A DNA stretch of 5,933 nucleotides, taken from NCBI RefSeq assembly GCF_006345805.1, contig NW_021829805.1, positions 1 to 5,933 on the forward strand, read 5' to 3'. Position 1 is the first letter of the stretch. The number at the start of each line of letters is the position of its first letter. Source of the DNA: Octopus sinensis (taxonomy: Eukaryota). Position numbers and translations under genes: made by a program. Positions 1-5,933 of this stretch are shown piece by piece. The notes under the pieces are model-generated. The model searched no databases and was not told where the DNA came from. It saw only the letters and a program-made list of their open reading frames with translations.

Positions 1-156
1 TATAGGAACAAAATATTCTACCATGATTTGGTGACGATAGAAACGAAGTGTTTCTTAGAAATATATATTCTACAGATCTGAAGACATCTCGGTCAATACC
101 GGCGCAACATTCTTAGAATATGTCCATCAATATCTACGTTGCTCTTTTCTTTCGGC

Positions 157-157
<1 letters not shown>

Positions 158-242
<85 letters not shown>

Positions 243-282
243 CTCTCTCTCTGCCTACCTGTCAGTCTGTTTCTGTCTTCCC

Positions 283-366
<84 letters not shown>

Positions 367-367
367 C

Positions 368-411
<44 letters not shown>
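158..411. repeat. Compound microsatellite: (TATC)n 158-242, (CT)n 241-252, (TATC)n 283-366, (CTGT)n 368-411
   Basis: Read directly from the sequence. It explains the YLSI-repeat ORFs 120..476 and 139..447. Confidence 0.98.
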
Positions 412-412
<1 letters not shown>

Positions 413-1011
413 TATTAGTCATTTATTTATTTCTATTTCCTCTTTAGATTATTTTTTTTACTTATATATTTTTTGAAATATATATTTCACTTATTGATGT
501 TGCCTCTTCCTCTTCTGTTTGGTGATTTAAAGAAAGGCTGCCACTGCCCACAACTTGTGTGGGCCTTTCCTTCAGAAGTGGAATGGTAAACTGGGAGTTC
601 TGGAGTAGTTAGTTTATGACAGCTGACTGTCTTTGGAGAAAAAGCAACGATGAAGATTGGGAAATAACAGAAGCAGTGACACGAACAGATGGCTGTAAGA
701 AAAACAGTGGAACTCTGGCAGAATGCTCTAAAGACGTGTGTATGTTGTTTTAGTTGTCGTCTGCTGGGAAATGAAGGAAATCTGCAGCCCCGGTTGACAT
801 CCGCACCAAATAAATAAAAATACAAAGCCAAAAATAGAATTGGTCTTTTAGTAGTTAAATAACTTGAGTGAAATGAGAGAATTAGATAAGGTGTGTATTA
901 AACTGCATTAATAATTTTTGTATTAAGACAGTTAACGATGGTGTCTTTGGAAGAAGAGCAGAAGATTTTGATGGTAGCATTTTATAGAGGTCAGGAATGC
1001 AAAGTTGGTAA

Positions 1012-1238
1012 GGCGGTGAGTTGGTAGAAACGTTAGCAAGTCGGGCGAAATGCTTAGCGGTATTTCGTCTGCCGCTACGTTCTGAGTTCAAATTCCGCTG
1101 AAGTCGACTTTGCCTTTTCATCCTTTCGGGGTCGATTAAATAAGTTCCAATTACGATATAATCGAATTAATCCGTTTGTCTGTCCTTGTTTGTCCTCTCT
1201 GTGTTTAGCCCCTTGTGGGTAGTAAAGAAATAGAAATA
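1012..1238 (+). mobile_element. Full-length tRNA-derived SINE, family A (Meta-domain-like body)
   Basis: Pol III A-box-like TGGTAGAAACGT at ~1022 and B box GTTCAAATTCC at 1086-1096. Colinear with the copy at 2178-2408 (roughly 85-90% identical by eye) and ends in an AAGAAATAG tail. The body GTCGACTTTGCC(T)TTTCATCCTTTCGGGGTCGAT..ATAAGT resembles the MetaSINE central domain as I recall it; that family label is unverified. Confidence 0.9.
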
Positions 1239-1240
1239 GC

Positions 1241-1347
1241 TATTTCATCTCTCTTTACTTTCTGAGTTCAAATTCCACCGAGGTCGACTTTGCCTGTCAT
1301 CCTTCCAGGGTCAATAAATTAAGTACCAGTTACGTACTGGGGACGAT
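1241..1347 (+). mobile_element. Internal fragment of a family A SINE, truncated at both ends
   Basis: TATTTCATCTCTCTTTACTTTCTGAGTTCAAATTCCACCGAGGTCGACTTTGCCTGTCATCCTTCCAGGGTCAATAAATTAAGTACCAGTTACGTACTGGGGACGAT aligns to the B-box and body of the copies at 1012 and 2178. The A box and tail are absent. Confidence 0.85.
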
Positions 1348-1427
1348 TTGAGAGTTGAAGGGGAGGAAGGGGAGGAAGGAATGTTGAACATTGATAGGAT
1401 CAACTGGAGCCCTCGACTGTGTGTGTC

Positions 1428-1832
1428 CGATGGGCAGGGCATGTCTCCAGAATGGAGAACCATCGCCTTCCAAAGATTGCCCTGTTTGGCGAACTCTCCA
1501 CCGACCACCGTGTGAGAGGAGCTCCGTGGAAGCTATACAAAGACTGCCTCAAGAAGTCTCTAATAGCATGTCATGTTAACCACCAATGCTGGTCAGACCT
1601 GGCTGGAGACCGTGATGTCTGGTGCCACACGATCTTCAACGAAGTCAGCAAGTCTGAGGAACAAAGAAAAGACGCACTTAAAGGCAAGAGACGCAGGAGG
1701 AAGGCGCGAGCCGCCTCTGACACCACACCGGATGCTACCTTCATCTGTGGACACTGCTCACGGTCCTGCCTTTCCCGCATCGGACTTGTCAGTCATGAGC
1801 GTGCATGCACGCGATGTGGACAGCCTTCCTGA
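1428..1832 (+). pseudogene. C-terminal ~134 codons of the RTE ORF, with a terminal C-x2-C-x12-H-x3-C zinc-finger-like motif
   Basis: Uninterrupted frame RWAGH...CGHCSRSCLSRIGLVSHERAC...QPS*. There is no ATG start (the track's start is a GTG in flanking TG repeat), and no RT or endonuclease domain is present. Confidence 0.8.
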
Positions 1833-1870
1833 TCTTCGTTCGCAAAGCCGAGCCATGATGATGATGATGA
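1428..1870 (+). mobile_element. 5'-truncated RTE-clade non-LTR retrotransposon (ORF C-terminus, short 3' UTR, (ATG)5 tail)
   Basis: Translation RWAGHVSRM..RLPKIALFGEL...R.RGAP...YKD.LK matches the post-RT region typical of RTE-clade ORFs. Stop TGA at 1830-1832, a ~22-nt UTR, then an ATG tandem tail at 1855-1870; short tandem tails are typical of RTE elements. Confidence 0.88.
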
Positions 1871-1935
1871 GATATACATATCCAGATACATGTATACACA
1901 CAAATGCACACCCATATATACACATGTATATTCAT
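1871..1935. repeat. Degenerate (CA/TA)n low-complexity tract
   Basis: Mostly alternating purine-pyrimidine sequence, e.g. gatatacatatccagatacatgtatacacac...catatatacacatgtatattcata. Confidence 0.6.
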
Positions 1936-2004
1936 AAAATCAATTCAAATTTGATGTTACAAGACACAATGATGAGTGAAGATTCGCCATTTTGACCTTT
2001 CGTT

Positions 2005-2130
2005 TGACATTCTTCTCTCTCATTTCCTCCATCTCTCTTACCTTCTACTTTTTCCAGTTCTCTCTCCTTCTCCCTCACTCTGTTAGTCTCTCCCTCTCTC
2101 TCACTCCTTCATCCTCGTCATACTTCCTCT
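2005..2130. repeat. CT-rich low-complexity tract
   Basis: Strongly pyrimidine-biased degenerate (CT)n sequence. Confidence 0.7.
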
Positions 2131-2177
2131 TATAGCAAACATCAATATTTCCATTGCTAATTAATCTTGTTGTTGTT

Positions 2178-2408
2178 GCGGGCGAGCTGGCAGAATCGTT
2201 AGCACACCGGGCGAAATGCTTAGCGGTATTACGTCTGCCGTTACGTTCTGAGTTCGAATTCCGCCGTGGTCGACTTTGCCTTTCATCCTTTCAGGGTCGA
2301 TTAAATAAGTACCAGTTATGCACCGGGGTCGATGTAATCGACTTAATCCCTTTGTCTGTCCTTGTTTGTCCCCTCTTTGTTTAGCCCCCTGTGGGCAATA
2401 AAGAAATA
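2178..2408 (+). mobile_element. Full-length tRNA-derived SINE, family A
   Basis: A box TGGCAGAATCGT at 2188-2199 and B box GTTCGAATTCC at 2252-2262. Same body and tail (CTTAATCC..TTTGTCTGTCCTTGTTTGTCC..TTTAGCCCC.TGTGGG..TAAAGAAATA) as 1012-1238. Confidence 0.9.
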
Positions 2409-2558
2409 TACATTGTTCCTTGTGACATCATTATTGATATTGTGGTCGTGATGGGTGGGTTCTCTCTTTTAAAAAGTTGCTGATCAGAATCGGCGATGTT
2501 TTCTCTTTGCTTTGTTGTTGTTTTCTTGTCAATACTGTCGCCGTTGCCATTGACAATA

Positions 2559-2862
2559 TTCTCCTCTTCCTCCTCATGTTCCTCTTCATGTTCCTCCTCA
2601 TGTTCCTCCTCCTCCTCTTTCTCTTCCTCCTCTTTCTCTTTCACTTCTTTCTCTTTCACTTCTTTCTCTTCCTCCTCTTTCTCCTCCTCCTCTTTCTCTT
2701 CCTCCTCCTCTTCTTCTTCTTCCCCCTCTCCATCCTCATCCTCCCCGTCTCCTCCCCTTCCTCCCCTCCTCCTCCTTGACCGCCCCTTCCTCTCCTTCTC
2801 GTCGCCACTATCGTTCCTTCACCTCCTCCTCCTCCTCCTCCTCCACCCCCTCTTCCTCCTCC
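2559..2862. repeat. Long polypyrimidine/polypurine tract built from CCT/CTT trinucleotides, with 12-nt (TTCCTCCTCATG-like x3, 2567-2602) and 15-nt (TCTTTCTCTTTCACT x2, 2631-2660) sub-repeats
   Basis: Read directly from the sequence. It explains the Glu-, Ser- and Leu-rich ORFs in the track. Confidence 0.95.
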
Positions 2863-2959
2863 ATATTCACTAAACTTATTCCCACCAATCCCATCGGACC
2901 GATTGAATATAGGAAATTAAATAATAATTTCATTAGCAATTCGTTTTTTTATTTTCATA

Positions 2960-2985
2960 TATTATTATTATTATTATTATTATCA

Positions 2986-3038
<53 letters not shown>

Positions 3039-3042
3039 TATT
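2960..3042. repeat. (ATT)n / (TAA)n microsatellite; the tail or target of the adjacent R4/Dong element
   Basis: Roughly 27 ATT units with a short ATC interruption near 2982-2990. Confidence 0.97.
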
Positions 3043-3256
3043 CCTTTTGCCCAGCTTCTAATGCTGGAGATGTACTACGGTGTCAGTTGTTCACTACCTG
3101 TGAACTAAGGTAACACGTCTTACTTTTTGAGCACCTTCCGGCGTATTCGAGCGGTTCCAAGCAGTGCTGTTTTCTGCAAGTGCTCCACCCTTATTGCAGC
3201 CCCTATTTTTTCCGCGTACTTCTCGAGATTTTTGATCACTGTTAACAGGGCTCCGA

Positions 3257-3257
<1 letters not shown>
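2960..3257 (-). mobile_element. 5'-truncated 3' end of an R4/Dong(Rex6)-clade non-LTR retrotransposon (restriction-like endonuclease group)
   Basis: My translation of the minus strand 3257->3120, which is absent from the ORF track, gives [45 protein letters not shown]. This matches the conserved C-terminus of R4/Dong ORFs (V.GALG.V...L......IG......LQK.ALLGTARILR.VL). It is followed by a ~77-nt 3' UTR (3119-3043) and (TAA)n. Confidence 0.85.
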
Positions 3258-3901
<644 letters not shown>

Positions 3902-4002
3902 CGCGAACGATTTCGACCAAAGTGTCTGGAAAGAAATTATCATTTGTGTTGAATATTACTTTTGGTAGAACTCAAACCAAAGGAATTTTTATGTGAATCA
4001 TT

Positions 4003-4056
4003 GGAGTGAGTGAGAGAAGAGAGAGAGAGAGAGAGAGAGTGAGAGAAAGAGAGAGA
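4003..4056. repeat. Imperfect (GA)n microsatellite
   Basis: Read directly from the sequence. Confidence 0.95.
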
Positions 4057-4451
4057 AAATTGAAACTATGAAGACAGTGTGAGCTTGAATGTCCAAACAA
4101 GTCCAAATGCCAGGAGTTGGTGTTGTGACCTGAAGGGAACTTATTTCCATTTGGTTTTCATTCACTTGTTTGTAATTCTTGTATAATGTTGTTAATTCTT
4201 GGTATTTCGAAGGCTACGAAACTAAGGAATTTGTCATTACAATGCTAGAATGGGAGACACGAAGCCAAGTTATTTGTGATTCCAAAGCTAAAAATAGAAG
4301 ACACTACTTCAGGGTCTTAGTCGTCCCAATGATCCTAATCCAAGGTCTTGATCTGCCCAAAGCTACAACAAAGTCCCTAATCCAAAGTACTGCTTATCCC
4401 ACAGCTAAAGGGAGACAATAATCGGAAGTACCGGTCTTACCAAAGGATCAA

Positions 4452-4830
4452 TTTTTTTTGTTCGTTTCAGTCATTTGACTGCGGCCATGCTGGATCACCA
4501 CCTTTAGTCGAACAAATCGACCCCAGGACTTATTCTTTGTAAGCCTAGTACTTATTCTACCGGTCTCTTTTTGCCGAACCGCAAAGTTACGAGGACGTGA
4601 ACACACCAGCATTGGTTGTCAAGCGATGTTGGGGAGGGGGAGGGACAAACACACACACATATATATACATATACACGACAGGCTTCTTTCAGTTTCCGTC
4701 TACCAAATCCACTCGCAAGGCTTTGGTCGGCCTGAGTCTATAGTAGAAGACACTTGCCCAAGGTGCCACGCAGTGGGATTGAACCCGGAACAATGTGGTT
4801 GGTAACCAAGCTACTTACCACATAGCCACT
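4452..4830 (-). mobile_element. Full-length tRNA-derived SINE, family B
   Basis: The reverse complement starts AGTGGCTATGTGGTAAG and has B box GGTTCAATCCC (4785-4775). It aligns end to end with 3485-3901 and ends in an oligo-A (T run at 4452-4459). Confidence 0.9.
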
Positions 4831-4928
4831 TATATAAATATAATAAATCTAGACATACGTCATCCTAAGACTAGAATTACTAATCGAAGGAATTGGTCTT
4901 CCCATGGCTACAAAAGAAGACACTAAGC

Positions 4929-5185
4929 CAGTGGTTCTCAACCGTTTTTTTTTTTTTTTTCTATGGACCATTTTGATTTATTGTTTTACTCAGGTGGAGC
5001 CTCATGGCCCTTTGATTCGAAAATTCTATTATATTTTTAAAATTAAATATTAGGAAATGTATAAAAAAATTTGTTAAAATATTTTGTGTGGTGTCGAAGT
5101 AAAACCGATTTACTGTACAATTTTTAACAACAGAATCTAATGTGGAACCTCAAGGGTCATAATAGACCCCTGTTGAGAACCACTG
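4929..5185. mobile_element. 257-bp non-autonomous DNA transposon (MITE), hAT/Charlie-like
   Basis: Perfect 14-bp terminal inverted repeats CAGTGGTTCTCAAC (4929-4942) and GTTGAGAACCACTG (5172-5185) around an AT-rich non-coding interior. CAGTGGTTCTCAA is a typical Charlie-group TIR. The left flank CACTAAGC fits the nnnTAnnn target preference, but no matching right TSD is seen. Confidence 0.88.
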
Positions 5186-5387
5186 GGATGAACAAAAGTA
5201 TTTCTCATCATGTCTCAAATAGAAGAAAAAGCATCCAACCAGACGTTAATCTAAAGATTTGGTCATCGCAAAGCCAAAAAAAGACACAAATCCGAGGTAT
5301 TTGTCATCCCGAGACAACAGTAGAAAACTCTATACGAAGGTTCTCAGCCATCCAAAAGCTAGAGTCTTCCTTTGGCTAAAATTGGAG

Positions 5388-5604
5388 ATATTGAGTTTTA
5401 AAATTTGGCATAAGGCCAGGAATTTAGTGGGAGGGCATAAATCGATTACATCCACCCCAGTATTCAACTGGTACTTATTTTATCGAGCCGAAAAGATGAA
5501 AGGCAAAGCCGACCTCGGCAGAATAGGAATTTGGAACGTGAAGCCGAACGAAATGCCGCAATGCATTTTCTCCGGCGTGTTAGCAATCCTGCCAGCTGGC
5601 CACC
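5388..5604 (-). mobile_element. tRNA-derived SINE with family A head and body but a different 3' tail
   Basis: The reverse complement GGTGGCCAGCTGGCAGGATTGCTAACACGCCGGAGAAAATGCATTGCGGCATTTCG...GAGGTCGGCTTTGCCTTTCATCTTTTCGGCTCGATAAAATAAGTACCAGTTGAATACTGGGGTGGATGTAATCGAT aligns to family A. It then diverges into CCCTCCCACTAAATTCCTGGCCTTATGCCAAATTTTAAAAC. The 3' boundary is approximate and the B box is degraded. Confidence 0.82.
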
Positions 5605-5736
5605 AAATAGAATAGAAGGTCTTGGACAGCCCAGGGCTAAAAAAAAAAACAAAGAAACTAACAACAAAAAACAAAAGCGAACTAGATCAAGTTATTCGTC
5701 GTCGCACAGCTACAATAGAAGACACGAACGAAGATA

Positions 5737-5891
5737 GAGTTCTATATTTAAGAGATGAGGAATTATGTACGTTCTTTACAGTGTTTACATTCGACGGATA
5801 TTTGTCCTCATCTTGTTTGTTGTTAACACAAACAACAAACAAGATGAGGACAAATATCAGTCGAATGTAAATAATGTAAATAACGTAAATA
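5737..5891. mobile_element. 155-bp fold-back insertion flanked by a candidate 13-bp TSD (ACGAACGAAGATA at 5724-5736 and 5892-5904); possibly a Penelope-like element terminus
   Basis: Inverted arms at 5763-5824 and 5831-5892, an outward-facing 9-nt tandem tail (TGTAAATAA-like x3 at ~5866-5892) and a perfect 13-bp flanking direct repeat are all visible. The Penelope assignment comes only from my recollection of similar octopus sequences. Confidence 0.6.
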
Positions 5892-5933
5892 ACGAACGAA
5901 GATATTGGTATTTCGAAAGGTTACAGCCTAAGG

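Larger units (their letters stand above)
4199..5933. repeat. Highly diverged ~41-44-bp tandem repeat array (approximate consensus GGTATTTGTCATCCCAAAGCTACAATAGAAGACACTAATCCAA), interrupted by four insertions
   Basis: Units recognised by eye at 4226-4268, 4269-4312, 4313-4343 (short), 4344-4385, 4386-4426, 4889-4928, 5197-5238, 5255-5295, 5296-5338 and 5691-5732. Partial units lie at 4851-4888, 5339-5387, 5618-5640 and from 5901 onward. Confidence 0.75.

Noticed and set aside
120-476. ORFs 120..476 and 139..447 (YLSI repeats)
   Set aside because: They are translations of TATC/CTGT microsatellites, which lack stop codons in these frames.
546-564. 7-bp hairpin GCCCACA-ACTTG-TGTGGGC
   Set aside because: Too short to distinguish from chance, with no supporting context.
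809-818. Overlapping AATAAA hexamers as a polyadenylation signal
   Set aside because: They are common in AT-rich DNA and no upstream gene is supported on this strand.
1012-1100. SINE heads as genuine tRNA genes
   Set aside because: They have A and B boxes but no convincing cloverleaf, and they continue into shared SINE bodies in multiple diverged copies.
1348-1427. Spacer before the RTE fragment as an inverted 5' part of the RTE
   Set aside because: Reverse-strand translations show no RTE-like peptide. It contains only a GAAGGGGAGG duplication, and its origin is unresolved.
1391-1995. Alternative ORFs 1391..1579, 1571..1780 (-) and 1573..1995
   Set aside because: They are shadow frames of the RTE coding fragment.
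2526-2556. 8-bp inverted repeat TTGTCAAT/ATTGACAA
   Set aside because: Short and AT-rich, so likely chance.
2381-2873. Acidic Glu-rich minus-strand ORF and the Ser/Leu-rich plus-strand ORFs
   Set aside because: The purine-rich strand has almost no T, so stops are absent by composition. The starts are GTG/TTG, and the frame-preserving sub-repeats follow from the trinucleotide background.
5379-5612. AAATTGGA / AAATAGAA as a TSD of the SINE at 5388-5604
   Set aside because: There are two mismatches in eight, and both copies resemble the underlying satellite unit, so it is not diagnostic.
4199-5732. The 43-bp array as a CRISPR array
   Set aside because: Units are contiguous with no unique spacers and are highly diverged, there are no cas genes, and the context is eukaryotic.
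4179-5870. ORFs 4179..4421, 5140..5379, 5259..5615 and 5622..5870 as a 14-aa repeat protein (GICHPKATIEDTNx-like)
   Set aside because: Unit lengths vary from 41 to 44 nt, so the frame is not kept, and the ORFs run across MITE, SINE and palindrome boundaries. A decayed coding origin is not excluded but is unsupported.

Overview
AT-rich, repeat-dense eukaryotic non-coding DNA (intron or intergenic). It is most likely from an octopus or other coleoid cephalopod; this rests on my recollection of octopus SINE sequences and is not database-verified. No intact protein-coding gene can be supported, and most listed ORFs are translations of microsatellites. The window holds seven tRNA-headed SINE copies or fragments from two families, the 3' end of an RTE-clade LINE, the 3' end of an R4/Dong-clade element with a (TAA)n tail, a hAT/Charlie-type MITE and several microsatellites. 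The least obvious structure is a cryptic, highly diverged ~43-bp tandem repeat array from ~4199 to the window end. Four separate insertions interrupt it, including a 155-bp fold-back element (62-bp arms, 41-bp core with one mismatch) flanked by a 13-bp direct repeat. The SINEs also form nested inverted pairs. I see interesting repeat architecture but no evidence of a new gene system.
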